A DNA stretch of 64,000 bases from Deltaproteobacteria bacterium (GTDB lineage: Bacteria; Myxococcota_A; UBA9160; SMWR01), in contig JAQBHB010000018.1 in the NCBI GenBank assembly GCA_032128115.1, positions 27,136-91,135 of the forward strand. The letters are read 5' to 3'. The position numbers and the translations under genes are program-made. Positions within the stretch are counted from its first letter, which is position 1, and every line of letters starts with the position of its first letter. Below, one piece after another: positions 39,840 through 50,276 of this stretch. Under the pieces are notes generated by a model. That model worked only from the letters and a program-made list of their open reading frames with translations, searched no databases and was not told the DNA's origin.

Positions 39840-41290
39840 CGGCCCGGGCTCCCGGGGCCTCCCCGCGCTGCTCGCCGGGCATCGGCCACCTCGTCGATGG
39901 ATTCGAGGAGACTACGGTACAGGAGCACGCTGCGGATCGCCGCCGAGAGCGATGCCGAGAGCAGCTCGCCGGTGGCCGCCGAGGCGCGGGCAGCGCCCGA
40001 CGGGAAGGCGCGCACCACGCCGAGAACCTTGCCGCGCAGGCGAAGCGGGACACACAGGAGCGGACCGACTGCGCCGCTGGAAGGCGTATCCACGTCGCGG
40101 TCGAAGCGCGGGTCGGCTGCGGGGTCATCGGTGGCCACCAGGCGGCCGGTCTGGAGCACGGTTCCGGTGAGGCCCCGGTTCAACGGCAGGCTGGGCCGAT
40201 CGCCAGCGCCGATGCCCTCGCACTGGCCCTCCAGGGTGAGTTCGCCGTCCTCGATCATGTACAGCGCCACCGGCGCTGCGGGCAGGCCGCGGGCCACCGG
40301 CCGCAGGGCGGCGTCTACCAGGCGCCGAGGGTCGGCTTCCTCGGCCACCACGTCGCAGATTTCACGCGCCATCTCCGCGTCCGCATCCCGGCTCCCGCCC
40401 GGACGACCCCCGTGTTCCAGCCAGGGTCCAAGGTGCAGGGCCAGGACGCGGAGCAGGGCCAGGTCGTCGTCCCCGAACGGCTCATCGGATTCGCGATCCG
40501 TGGCGCACAGCATGCCCTGGACGCCTTCGCGTCCCGGAATCGGGCAGATTGCGAACGAGCCGGTGCGATAGCGACCGGCCGGAACCCGACCGGCGAAGCG
40601 CTCGTCGTCCTCCACCCGCGCCACGACCAGACCCTCTCCGCTGGCCAGAGCCGCGCCCGACGGTCCGTCTTCCAGGGGCACCCGGTCCATTTCGCCAGCG
40701 GGCAGAGATCGCCCGGTGACGGCGGCGACAACCAGGGTCGATTCGCCCACCAGTCGCATCACCGACGTCTTGGACGCCCCCAGGACGTCGGCCACCGCCT
40801 CGGCCGCCGACGCCAGCAGCCACTCCAGGGAATCGGCAGCGGCTCCCCGGCGAGCAGCCTCCAGCCGTTGCAGGGAGGCTTCCAGGCGCGTCAGGCGATC
40901 GCGCAGGACCGCGCCGCGCTTCTCCACCTGGTGGCTCGCAAGGGCGCGCCGCACGCTCAGCACCAGCTCCTCCAGGTGCAGCGGCTTCGCAAGATAGTCA
41001 CAGGCGTGCAGGCGCAGGGCCTCGAGCACCCGGTCCTGGTCCGCGTGGGTCGAGAGCACGATCACGCGAAGCGACGGCCGCGCGCTGCGCAGCCGCTCGA
41101 GCACCTCGGTCCCCTCCATGCCCCCGGGTTGCAGGTCGAGCACCACCACGGCGACGGCCGGATCCTCGGCCGCCTTCAGGGCCTCTTCCCCACTCTCCGC
41201 CGTCACGCACTCGATGTGCGCTTCGGACAGGGCATCGCGAATCGCGTCGCGAAAGAACCGCTCGTCGTCGACGACCAGAACGGCGGGCAT
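39836..41290 (-). CDS. Response regulator with two GAF domains and no output domain
   Basis: VLVVDDE...LDL...YLAKP receiver and two GAF-like units (DERF...YRTGSFAICPI; DPRFDRDVD...LLCVPLRLRGKVLGV). Confidence 0.8.
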   Translation of the reverse strand: MPAVLVVDDERFFRDAIRDALSEAHIECVTAESGEEALKAAEDPAVAVVVLDLQPGGMEGTEVLERLRSARPSLRVIVLSTHADQDRVLEALRLHACDYLAKPLHLEELVLSVRRALASHQVEKRGAVLRDRLTRLEASLQRLEAARRGAAADSLEWLLASAAEAVADVLGASKTSVMRLVGESTLVVAAVTGRSLPAGEMDRVPLEDGPSGAALASGEGLVVARVEDDERFAGRVPAGRYRTGSFAICPIPGREGVQGMLCATDRESDEPFGDDDLALLRVLALHLGPWLEHGGRPGGSRDADAEMAREICDVVAEEADPRRLVDAALRPVARGLPAAPVALYMIEDGELTLEGQCEGIGAGDRPSLPLNRGLTGTVLQTGRLVATDDPAADPRFDRDVDTPSSGAVGPLLCVPLRLRGKVLGVVRAFPSGAARASAATGELLSASLSAAIRSVLLYRSLLESIDEVADARRAARGGPGSPGR

Positions 41291-41306
41291 CGGTTGTCCT
41301 CCCTGC

Positions 41307-42710
41307 TCAGAGGATGAAGCGCGAGAGATCTTCGTCCCGCACCAGATCGTCGAGACGTTCCCTCACGAAGGACTCGTCCACCACGTGGTGGGTCCCAGCC
41401 AGATCCGGCGCATCGAAACTCATCTCCTCGAGCAGTTTCTCCATCACCGTGTGCAACCTCCGGGCACCGATGTCGTCCGAGCGCTCGTTCACGATCGCCG
41501 CGTACTCGGCGATCGTCCGGATGCCGTCCTCCTTGAACTCCACTTCCACGTTCTCGGTGCGCAGAAGCTCCGTGTATTGGCGAACCAACGAGTTCTGGGG
41601 CTCGCTCAGGATCCGGACGAAATCGCTCCGGGTCAGGCTCGAGAGCTCGACACGGATGGGGAAGCGCCCCTGGAGCTCGGGAATCAGATCCGAGGGCTTG
41701 GCCGCGTGGAAGGCCCCCGCAGCGATGAACAGGATGTGATCGGTGCGAATCGTCCCGTGCTTGGTCTGCACGCTGGACCCCTCGACGATCGGCAGCAGAT
41801 CGCGCTGCACCCCCTCGCGCGACACGTCGGGTCCGGAGCGTGCCTGGGAACCCACCGCCACCTTGTCGAGCTCGTCGATGAAGACGATTCCCGACTGCTC
41901 GATGCGCGAGACCGCGAGTTCGCGCACCTGATCCATGTCTACCAGGCGTGTGGCCTCCTCGGCAGCCAGCGCCTCGAGCGCGGCCTTTACCCCCATGCGT
42001 CGCCTCCGGGTCTGCTTGGGCAGCATGCCCCCCAGCAGATCCTTGAACTGCATGCCCATTTCCTCCACGCCCTGGGGCGTGAAGAGGGACAGGGTGGTCC
42101 CCGCGCCGCCACCGTCCTCGAGCTCGATCTCCACCTCGCGCTCATCGAGCCCACCGGCGCGGAGCATCACGCGGAGCTTCTCGCGCGTCTCGCTGCCCGG
42201 TTCGGCGGTCGCATCCACGGTGGTGGGGCCCAACCGGATCACCGCCTGATCCCCCCCCGACCCGGAGGCCGGCGTCGGGGCGTGGGGGGGCGGCAGCAGC
42301 ACGTCCAGCAGGCGCTCCTCGGCACGCTCCTCCGCCACGACACGGACCGCGCGCTTGCTCTCGTCGAGTACCAGCGCCATGCCCAGTTCGGCCAGGTCGC
42401 GGATGATCGACTCCACGTCGCGACCCACGTAGCCCACCTCGGTGAACTTGGAAGCCTCCACCTTGAGGAACGGCGCCCCGGCCATGCGCGCCAATCGGCG
42501 CGCGACTTCGGTCTTGCCCACGCCGGTGGGCCCGATCATGATGATGTTCTTCGGCGCGATCTCGTCGCGAAGCTCCTCGGGCACCTGTTGGCGACGCCAG
42601 CGGTTGCGCAGGGCGATGGCCACCGCGCGCTTGGCCTCGCCCTGGCCCACGATGTAACGGTCCAGTTCCGAGACCACCTCCCGCGGCGTCAGGCTCTGTT
42701 CCCGACTCAC
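41307..42710 (-). CDS. hslU: ATP-dependent protease ATPase subunit HslU
   Basis: LTPREVV...[50 protein letters not shown]. Confidence 0.96.
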   Translation of the reverse strand: MSREQSLTPREVVSELDRYIVGQGEAKRAVAIALRNRWRRQQVPEELRDEIAPKNIIMIGPTGVGKTEVARRLARMAGAPFLKVEASKFTEVGYVGRDVESIIRDLAELGMALVLDESKRAVRVVAEERAEERLLDVLLPPPHAPTPASGSGGDQAVIRLGPTTVDATAEPGSETREKLRVMLRAGGLDEREVEIELEDGGGAGTTLSLFTPQGVEEMGMQFKDLLGGMLPKQTRRRRMGVKAALEALAAEEATRLVDMDQVRELAVSRIEQSGIVFIDELDKVAVGSQARSGPDVSREGVQRDLLPIVEGSSVQTKHGTIRTDHILFIAAGAFHAAKPSDLIPELQGRFPIRVELSSLTRSDFVRILSEPQNSLVRQYTELLRTENVEVEFKEDGIRTIAEYAAIVNERSDDIGARRLHTVMEKLLEEMSFDAPDLAGTHHVVDESFVRERLDDLVRDEDLSRFIL

Positions 42711-43249
42711 GGGAGCGTCACCAGGTGGATGTGGTCGTTGGTATAGATACAGATTTCCGAAGCCACCTTCAGGGCTTCCGAAGCAATCTCCCGGGCCGGA
42801 AGCTCCGTGTGGCGGGCCAGGGCCCGGGCCGCCGCGAGGGCGTAGGACCCCCCGGATCCGATGGCCGCGATGCCGTCGTCGGGCTCGATCACGTCTCCGT
42901 TGCCGGACACCACCAGGACGTGCTCGCGATCGCCCACCAGCAGCAACGCCTCGAGTCGGCGCAGGGCGCGGTCCATGCGCCAGTCCCGGGCCAGCTCCAC
43001 GGCCGCGCGGCGCACGTTTCCCGAGTGGGCCTCGAGCTTGGCCTCGAGCCGCTCGGTCAGGGCCAGCGCGTCCGCGGCGCCCCCGGCGAACCCGATCAGG
43101 GCGGCGCCATTGGACGCGACACGCGCCTTCTGGGCGGCGTGCTTGACCACCGCTTCGCCCATCGTCACCTGGCCGTCGGAAGCCATGGCGATCTCGCCAT
43201 TGCGAACGATGGCCAGGACGCTGGTGGCCCGAATCCGCGCTGCCTTCAA
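42707..43249 (-). CDS. hslV: ATP-dependent protease peptidase subunit HslV
   Basis: [35 protein letters not shown]. Confidence 0.95.
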   Translation of the reverse strand: MKAARIRATSVLAIVRNGEIAMASDGQVTMGEAVVKHAAQKARVASNGAALIGFAGGAADALALTERLEAKLEAHSGNVRRAAVELARDWRMDRALRRLEALLLVGDREHVLVVSGNGDVIEPDDGIAAIGSGGSYALAAARALARHTELPAREIASEALKVASEICIYTNDHIHLVTLP

Positions 43250-44211
43250 GACTTCGCCGCCCCGGGCTTGCGGCGCCCCCGCGAGCCGCGCGCGCCGTGC
43301 GCCCGCGGGTGAGCATCGTCATAGACCTGCATGAGCCGATCCGTGGACACGGCCGTGTATTTCTCCGTCGTCGAGAGACTCGAGTGTCCGAGGAGTTCTT
43401 GAATCTCGCGCAGGTCGGCGCCCATGTCGAGCAGGTGCGTGGCGTAGCTGTGACGCAGGCGGTGGGGATGCACGCGGTCTGCGATTCCCGCGGCGCGGGC
43501 GCGCAACTCGAGCACCCGGCCAACGTCGCGAACCCCGAGTCGGTGCACGCTCCCGCCGCGCGAGCGCAGGCTCGTGAACAGGGGCTCCCCCAGGATGCCC
43601 GGTCCTCGCCTCAGGGCCAGGTACGCTTCCAATGCCTCCACGGTCACCGCCGTGAGCGGAACCACCCGCTCCTTGTGTCCCTTTCCGGTGACCCGGACAT
43701 CCCGGCGGTGCAGGTCCACATCGCGCACCCGAAGCGATGCCAGTTCACCCACGCGCAGACCGGCGCCGTATAGCAGCTCCACCAGGGCGTGATCGCGCGC
43801 TTTGCGAAGGGCGGTCCACTCGCCGGAGCCCCGGTTGGCCGGGCCCTCGGTCTCGACGAGGGAATTGCAATCGTCCACCGGGAGGGGGCGCGGAAGCCGA
43901 CGCGGAGCGCGAGGTGCGGACATGCTCTCGGTGGGATCGATGCGACCCACGTTTTCGGCGAGGAGGAAGAGGAAGAAGCCCCGCAGCGAGGCCAGCTTGC
44001 GGCCCAGGGTCGCTGGGTGCCGGCGCGGGTGCAGATCCGCCAGGAAGGCGCGTACGTCTTCCGACGTCACGCGTTCCGGGCGGCTTTCGTCGCCCAGGAA
44101 GGCCGCCAGCTGCCGCACGTCGGAAACGTAGGCGCGACGCGTGTGGGGCGAAAGGTTGCGACCGGCGTAGAGGTGCAGATCGAAGCGGCGAAGGGCCTCG
44201 GCGAAGGTCAT
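43246..44211 (-). CDS. xerC: Tyrosine recombinase XerC
   Basis: [37 protein letters not shown]. Canonical trmFO-xerC-hslV synteny. Confidence 0.9.
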   Translation of the reverse strand: MTFAEALRRFDLHLYAGRNLSPHTRRAYVSDVRQLAAFLGDESRPERVTSEDVRAFLADLHPRRHPATLGRKLASLRGFFLFLLAENVGRIDPTESMSAPRAPRRLPRPLPVDDCNSLVETEGPANRGSGEWTALRKARDHALVELLYGAGLRVGELASLRVRDVDLHRRDVRVTGKGHKERVVPLTAVTVEALEAYLALRRGPGILGEPLFTSLRSRGGSVHRLGVRDVGRVLELRARAAGIADRVHPHRLRHSYATHLLDMGADLREIQELLGHSSLSTTEKYTAVSTDRLMQVYDDAHPRAHGARGSRGRRKPGAAKS

Positions 44212-45554
44212 TCCAGCAGCGCCGCCGAGCTGTCGACGAAGGGCTGCAGGGCCTGCAGCGCGCGCTCGGCCAGCTTCTGGTTCTTCTCGAGCTTGCGCAG
44301 GCGGACCTGCTTGCCCGAGACCTGCGGGAGCTGCGGCAGGCTCGGAAACAGCCCGTAGTTCACGTTCATGGGCTGGAAGTTTCGCGGGTCGGCCCCGATC
44401 AGGTAGCCGATCAGGGCACCGTGAGCGGTGGCGGCGTCCGGAAGCTCGAGCGGAAGTCCCCGCACGGCCCGCGCCGCGTTGAGTCCGGCGATTCCCCCGA
44501 GCGCCGCAGACTCCACGTAGCCTTCGACTCCGGTGAGTTGGCCGGCGATGTAGACGCCGGGACGCGATCGCGTCTCCAGGGACGGGAGTAGCTGCTTCGG
44601 CGCGTTGATGTAGGTGTTGCGATGCACCGACCCGAAGCGCGCGAACACGGCCTGGGACAGACCGGGCAGGCTCCGGAATACGCGCTTCTGGTCTCCGATG
44701 CGGAGCTTCGTCTGGAAGCCGACGAAGTTGTAGAGGACGCCCTGCTTGTCTTCCTGGCGCAGCTGTACCACCGCGAAGGGCCGGCGTCCGGTTCGCGGGT
44801 CGACGAGCCCCACGGGTTTCATGGGTCCGTAGGCCAGGGTCTCCGGACCGCGGCGCGCGATCTCCTCGATGGGGAGACAGCCCTCGAAATACAGCGAGGC
44901 CTCGAAGCGATGCAGCGGCACCGTGTCGGACGCAAGCAGGTCGGCGACGAAGGCCCGGTAGCCGGCTTCGTCCAGGGGGACGTTCAGGTAGTCGCCCGCG
45001 TCGTCCTCGTACCGCGAAGCGCGGAACACCCGATCGTGATCGATGGAATCCGCGTATACGATGGGCGAGAGCGCATCATAGAAATACAGGGATTCGTCCC
45101 CCATCAGCGCCGTGAGATCGCGGGCCAACTCGGGCGCCGTCAGGGGGCCGGTGGCCAGGATCACGCGCACGCCCTCTGGAATCCGCTCCACCAGCTCGCG
45201 GCGCACCCGGATCCGGGGCTGCGATTCGAGGGTCTCGGTGATGCGGCGCGCAAAGGCCACGCGATCCACCGCCAGAGCGCGTCCGGCCGGCACGGCGGAC
45301 TCGTCCGCTGCGGCCAGCACCAGCGAGCCGAGCCGGCGCATCTCCTCCTTGAGCAGACCCACGGCGTTGCCGAGGCTGTTGGAGCGCAGGGAGTTGCTGC
45401 ACACCAGCTCCGCGAAGTCCGGCGACGTGTGGGCGGGCGAAAAGCGCGCGGGCTTCATCTCGTAGAGGTCGACGCGCACGCCCCGCCGCGCGGCCTGCCA
45501 CGCCGCCTCACAGCCCGCGAGCCCTCCCCCCACCACCACGAGATCCGCCTGCAC
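44208..45554 (-). CDS. trmFO: Folate-dependent tRNA m5U54 methyltransferase
   Basis: GGGLAGCEAA, ELVCSNSLR, FEGCLPIE, GPMKPVGL, GVEGYVES. Confidence 0.95.
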   Translation of the reverse strand: MQADLVVVGGGLAGCEAAWQAARRGVRVDLYEMKPARFSPAHTSPDFAELVCSNSLRSNSLGNAVGLLKEEMRRLGSLVLAAADESAVPAGRALAVDRVAFARRITETLESQPRIRVRRELVERIPEGVRVILATGPLTAPELARDLTALMGDESLYFYDALSPIVYADSIDHDRVFRASRYEDDAGDYLNVPLDEAGYRAFVADLLASDTVPLHRFEASLYFEGCLPIEEIARRGPETLAYGPMKPVGLVDPRTGRRPFAVVQLRQEDKQGVLYNFVGFQTKLRIGDQKRVFRSLPGLSQAVFARFGSVHRNTYINAPKQLLPSLETRSRPGVYIAGQLTGVEGYVESAALGGIAGLNAARAVRGLPLELPDAATAHGALIGYLIGADPRNFQPMNVNYGLFPSLPQLPQVSGKQVRLRKLEKNQKLAERALQALQPFVDSSAALLE

Positions 45555-45593
45555 GCGGGAAGTCTAGTGAATCCGCGGGGTTTCCGAACTGCG

Positions 45594-46691
45594 TCAAGCG
45601 ATCGCAGACAAGCAGCCGTCGCGTCCTTCGGCGATGCGACCCTCCATCTCCAACTCCAACAGGTCGAGCGATAGATCCTGGGGGGAGCAACCGAGGCGGT
45701 TCGCCAGCTCGTCCCGGGTGCCGGGCTCGTCGCGCAGCGCCAACAGGATGCGTCCGCGCGTTCCCGCCTCGCGCACCGGCGCAGGCCCGAGCACCGGGGG
45801 CGCCGCCGGGATACGACCCATGGCGCGCAGCTCTTCGAGCACGCTATCGGGCCCGTCCGCCACGCCGGCGCCATGGCGCAGCAGCCAGTGGGTGCCCGCA
45901 CTGGTGGGGGACGTGATGGGCCCGGGAACCGCGAACACTTCCCGGCCCTGGTCGCCCGCCAGGCGCGCGGTGATCAGGGACCCACTGCGCAGCCGCGCCT
46001 CCACCACCACCACCATGCTGGACAACCCGCTGATCAGGCGGTTGCGCAGCGGAAAGTGGTGGCGACGCGGCGGCGTCCCGGGCGCGAACTCCGAGACGAG
46101 GGCACCGGAGCGTTCGATCCGTGCCGCCAGTTCCCGGTGCACCGCGGGATACACCCGCTCCGGCCCGCACGCCTGCACGGCCACCGTGCGCCCACCCGCG
46201 TCGAGCGCGGCCCGGTGTGCGGCGGCGTCGATGCCGGCTGCCAGGCCGGACACCACCACCACGCCCGCCCGCGCCAGGGCGAAGGCCATCTGTGCGGCCA
46301 CCTGGCGCCCGTAGGCCGTCGCCGCACGCGCCCCCACCACGGCCACGCACGGACCCGCCAGGGCCTCTAGCTGGCCCCGTACCCACAACAGGGGCGCCGG
46401 GTCGGCCAGGTGCGAAAGAGCGACCGGGTAGGCGGGTGAAAGCAGCGGCAGGGCCACCGCCCCGATCCGGCGCAGGCTGGCGATCCACGCGGCCCGCTGC
46501 GCTTCCGAGAGGGGCGTCGCCTGCCCCCACGCGCGAAGCGCGGCCCGGGGACACCCGGTGCGACGCACCAGGGGCGCCGCCCGCTCCGGGTGCAGAGCCA
46601 GTGCGTGCTGGAGAGCGAGCCAGTCCCCGAGGGCTGCGGCGACATGCGGGCGCGGGTCGGCCGGATCGAGCACCGGCGGAATCGAGGTCAT
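45594..46691 (-). CDS. dprA: DNA-processing protein DprA
   Basis: VAVVGAR, VVSGLAAGIDAAAH, FPLRNRLISGLS, SGSLITA, C-terminal wHTH. Confidence 0.93.
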   Translation of the reverse strand: MTSIPPVLDPADPRPHVAAALGDWLALQHALALHPERAAPLVRRTGCPRAALRAWGQATPLSEAQRAAWIASLRRIGAVALPLLSPAYPVALSHLADPAPLLWVRGQLEALAGPCVAVVGARAATAYGRQVAAQMAFALARAGVVVVSGLAAGIDAAAHRAALDAGGRTVAVQACGPERVYPAVHRELAARIERSGALVSEFAPGTPPRRHHFPLRNRLISGLSSMVVVVEARLRSGSLITARLAGDQGREVFAVPGPITSPTSAGTHWLLRHGAGVADGPDSVLEELRAMGRIPAAPPVLGPAPVREAGTRGRILLALRDEPGTRDELANRLGCSPQDLSLDLLELEMEGRIAEGRDGCLSAIA

Positions 46692-46784
46692 GAGCGGCTC
46701 CCCGGGACCGGGGACCCACCCTGGATAGCACGCCCCGGTCCGTGCGCTCGCCGGCTCCGGGCGGGGCGATACCCTTGCAATCCC

Positions 46785-48677
46785 ATGGCCAGCGCCCGAC
46801 GCTTCACAGCCTGGCTCGGGTGCGTGGTCCTGCTCGCGTGCGGACCCGGCGACGCGCAAAGACCCAGCTTCCTGCTGATCACACTGGACACCACGCGCGC
46901 CGACCGCATCGGCACCTACGGCGCAGACACGGCCCACACTCCCACCATCGACCGCCTGGCCCGCGAGGGCGTGGTGTTCGAGATGGCGCTGGCCCCCACA
47001 CCGCTCACACTGCCATCCCACGCCTCGATCCTCACCGGCGTCTATCCCACCACCCACGGCGTCCGCAACAACGGGCTGTTCGTGCTCCCCCCGGAGGCGA
47101 CCCTGGTTTCAGAAGTGCTCCGCGAATCCGGCTGGAACACGGGGGCCTTCGTCGCGGCCTACGTGCTGGATGCACGCTTCGGGCTGAACCAGGGCTTCCA
47201 GGTGTATCGGGGCGTTCCCACGCATCTCATGCAGGGCCGACACTTCGAGCGGCCCGCGGACCAGGTGGTGGACGATGCCCTCACGTGGCTGCGGTCGCTG
47301 GATCCGGGTCAGCCCTTCTTCGCCTGGGTCCATCTCTACGACCCCCACCACCCCTACCGGCCACCGGGACCGTGGGACGAGCGCCTGGAGGATCCCTACG
47401 ACGGTGAGATCGCCTTTTCGGATGCGCAGATCCAGCGACTGCTCGCCGGACTCGGTGCCGACGGCCGCACCAGGAATCTGCTCACGGTGGTGACCGCAGA
47501 TCACGGTGAGGGGCTGGGTGATCACCGCGAGTCCACCCACGGCACGTACGTCTACCAGACGACCCAACACGTTCCGCTGGTGCTTTCAGGAGAGCCGGTG
47601 CGCGCGTGGTGGGGCCAGCGGATCCGCGAAGCCGTCTCCACCGTGGACCTGGCCCCCACCCTGTTGGCCTTCGCCGGAATCGCGGTCGAGCGGATGCCTG
47701 AGGTGCGGGTGCCGTCCCTGTTGCCGCGCCCCGAGGCGCCGGGGGATCGCGCCGTCTACCTGGAGAACTTCTATCCCTACTACGCCCACCGCTGGCGGGG
47801 CATGCGCGGGCTGGTGTGGGGAGATCACAAGTTCGTGGAGGGGAGCCCGCCCGAGATCTACGCCCTCGAGACCGACCCGGACGAACTGCGCGATCTGGGA
47901 GCTACCCATGCGGAGCTGGGCCAGCAGCTGCAGCGGAAGCTGACGGGGCTGGTGGCGACGCTGCCCGAGCCGGCCGCGAACGGATCCCGGCGACTGGATG
48001 CAGACGATACCGCGATGCTTGCGGCCCTGGGCTACGCGTCCGGCTCCCACGGCGAGGGCGACCCCCTGGACCCGGACCTCCCCCACACACGAGAACGTGT
48101 CGGAGATCTCGACCTGTTACACGAAGCCGGCCAGCACGTCCGGCGCGCGCGAAGGCTCGAAGCCGACACGTCGGGCACCCCTCTCGAGCGCGAAGCGCGG
48201 CGCGAACGCGGCCACGACGAGCTGACGGCAGCGCGCGAGATCCTGCGCCGGGTGCACGACGTCAATCCCGAAGATCCCACCGCCGAGCTGCGTCTGGCGA
48301 AGGTGGAACTCAGCCTGGGCAACCCGGCCCAGGCGATTCCCGCGCTGGAGCGGGTGGCGCGCGACGAGCAGTACGTGCTCGCCCACCGCTACAACCTGGC
48401 GCTGGCCTATGCGGGGGCCGGGCGACCGGCCGACGCGCGACGCTCCATGCGCGAGCTGCTGGCCCTGGAGCCGGGCTATCTGAAGGCCTACCTGTGGCTG
48501 GGGACGCACGCCGCGGATCGCGGCGAGTACGGCCGCGCGTCGTGGTGGCTCTCCGAGGCGCTCCGGGTGTCGGGCCCGGACGACCCGCGCAGCCCCGAGG
48601 TATCCCGGCTTCTGGCACAGGTGGAGGCCGGGATGCGCGAGCGCGCCCAGGTACGGAGCGCGCCCGAGCCCCTCTAG
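46785..48677 (+). CDS. Sulfatase-like hydrolase lipoprotein with C-terminal TPRs
   Basis: Lipobox LAC, ITLDTTRAD, TLPSHASILTG, YDPH, ADHGE, TPR tail. Confidence 0.85.
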   Translation: MASARRFTAWLGCVVLLACGPGDAQRPSFLLITLDTTRADRIGTYGADTAHTPTIDRLAREGVVFEMALAPTPLTLPSHASILTGVYPTTHGVRNNGLFVLPPEATLVSEVLRESGWNTGAFVAAYVLDARFGLNQGFQVYRGVPTHLMQGRHFERPADQVVDDALTWLRSLDPGQPFFAWVHLYDPHHPYRPPGPWDERLEDPYDGEIAFSDAQIQRLLAGLGADGRTRNLLTVVTADHGEGLGDHRESTHGTYVYQTTQHVPLVLSGEPVRAWWGQRIREAVSTVDLAPTLLAFAGIAVERMPEVRVPSLLPRPEAPGDRAVYLENFYPYYAHRWRGMRGLVWGDHKFVEGSPPEIYALETDPDELRDLGATHAELGQQLQRKLTGLVATLPEPAANGSRRLDADDTAMLAALGYASGSHGEGDPLDPDLPHTRERVGDLDLLHEAGQHVRRARRLEADTSGTPLEREARRERGHDELTAAREILRRVHDVNPEDPTAELRLAKVELSLGNPAQAIPALERVARDEQYVLAHRYNLALAYAGAGRPADARRSMRELLALEPGYLKAYLWLGTHAADRGEYGRASWWLSEALRVSGPDDPRSPEVSRLLAQVEAGMRERAQVRSAPEPL

Positions 48678-48691
48678 GGGGCCCGTCCGAG

Positions 48692-50116
48692 TTACCTGGC
48701 GCCGCGGAAGCTGTCGCCCAACTCGAGTTCCACGTCGGTCTGGGCGACGAACGCCACCGAGGTTTCGGGCTCCGTCTTCACGACCAGCAGATGTGCCACG
48801 ACCAGGGCCGGCACGCCCACGAGCTCGCTGCGCGCGGTTTCGGTTTCGTCGTGCCCCGCTCGGAAGACCTCCAGGGGGCTTCCCACCTGCAGACCGTCCA
48901 GAGTACCGCGGTTCAGGTAGACATAGTCGACCTGTCCCACCATCGTCCTGCTGCTCGCGAAATAGCTGAGCTTGCCTTCCACGTCTCCGGGACTCGGGGC
49001 CAGCTCCACGGTCTCGGGCGCGAGCTCGCGCGGCATGATGCGGTCGCCGCGCTCGATCTCGGCCGTGGCCATGCGGATCACCGCGGTCGAGGTGTCGCGA
49101 TGGTTCTCGGTCACCTCGAGCCAGCCCAGAATGTCCACGTGGTACCCGAGCACCCGCTTCGTATCCGGGTCGGTCACGCGATCGCGAGATCGGAAGATCG
49201 TGAACTGCTCACCCACCTGGACTTCCCCGGCTCCCAGGCCGATGTAGACCGGGTCAGTCTGGCTCAGCATCACGCGTTTGGTCACCGCGTCGACGATGCT
49301 GGCCGAGCTCTCGAGGCGCTCGGCCGTCACGAGCCCCGCCATCTCGTTTGCGGCCACGGGAAAGTTGATGACCTGATCGGGTCGCTGCGCCGGCGCCTGC
49401 CACTCCGATTCCCCCTGGCCGGGGACCTCGAACTCCTCCGCCCCGATGCCCGTGCCCGCGTTGATCAGCTCTACCGGCGCCGCGGGCAGGTTGGCCAGCA
49501 GGTCGGCCGCCTCTTCCGCACTCACCCGGCGCATCTCGGTGGCCGTGATCCAGATGCGGTCCCCGGGCACGATCACGTGCGGATTCTCGAGATTCCGGTT
49601 GTCGTTCCAGACCGACGGCCAGACCCAGGGAGTTCCCAGGTAGGCGTCGGAGATGTCCCAGAGCGTGTCTCCCGAGACCACCGTGTGCACGTGCCCCGGG
49701 CGGCCCGCGGAGTCGTAGCCCAGCGTTCCGGGCAGAACCGGCGGCACCTCGACGATCTCGGCTTCAGCCGCCTCGATCGCATCCGCCTCGGCGCCCTCCG
49801 CCACTTCCGCCATCTCGGTGTCATCCGGCGCCGCGGGCACGGGAGCCGGGGCAGCCGTCAGGGCAGCCGCCGGGGCAGCCGCCGGGGCAGCCGTCAGGGC
49901 AGCAGATTCCAGGGTCTCGGCTCCGGCTCCCGGATCCTGCTCTTCGGCCACCCCCTCCGGGGCGGGCGCCTCAGCCGACACCTCCACCGGCTCCGCCTGA
50001 GCTTGCGGTGCATCCCGGGTCCCAGACCGGGCGGGGGCCTCCTCGGCCAGTGCCGAGGTAGCAAGCCACGGCGCCAGGACCAGCGCACCAAAACCGAGCA
50101 GCCTCGAGGATCTCAT
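48692..50116 (-). CDS. LysM-domain protein, TsaP-like
   Basis: Signal peptide, Ala/Glu-rich linker, HTVVSGDTLWDISDAYLGTPWVWPSVW...NPHVIVPGD and a beta-rich C-terminus. Near dprA. Confidence 0.8.
   Translation of the reverse strand: MRSSRLLGFGALVLAPWLATSALAEEAPARSGTRDAPQAQAEPVEVSAEAPAPEGVAEEQDPGAGAETLESAALTAAPAAAPAAALTAAPAPVPAAPDDTEMAEVAEGAEADAIEAAEAEIVEVPPVLPGTLGYDSAGRPGHVHTVVSGDTLWDISDAYLGTPWVWPSVWNDNRNLENPHVIVPGDRIWITATEMRRVSAEEAADLLANLPAAPVELINAGTGIGAEEFEVPGQGESEWQAPAQRPDQVINFPVAANEMAGLVTAERLESSASIVDAVTKRVMLSQTDPVYIGLGAGEVQVGEQFTIFRSRDRVTDPDTKRVLGYHVDILGWLEVTENHRDTSTAVIRMATAEIERGDRIMPRELAPETVELAPSPGDVEGKLSYFASSRTMVGQVDYVYLNRGTLDGLQVGSPLEVFRAGHDETETARSELVGVPALVVAHLLVVKTEPETSVAFVAQTDVELELGDSFRGAR
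49849..49903. repeat. 12-bp in-frame repeats in the LysM protein linker
   Basis: GGGCAGCCGYCR x4.5, encoding AALT/AAPA. Confidence 0.85.
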
Positions 50117-50276
50117 TGCCTTCCCCCCCCATGCAGCGCCCGCCTGAAACGGCGGACCCAGGTCTCCGCCACCCAGCGCCGCGGAATCTCACCGCCGCGC
50201 CAGAGACACGGGACCTCCAGCCGTATCGACCGGAACTGCCAACCCCTTGATGGGGAAGGCCTTGAGGGGGAAGGAT

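Noticed and set aside
43246..44211. Tyrosine recombinase as a mobile-element integrase
   Set aside because: Sequence and trmFO-xerC-hslVU synteny identify it as housekeeping XerC.
46764..46779. Sigma-54-like box GGGCGATACCCTTGCA before the sulfatase gene
   Set aside because: Poor -24 match, and the predicted TSS would fall inside the likely coding region.
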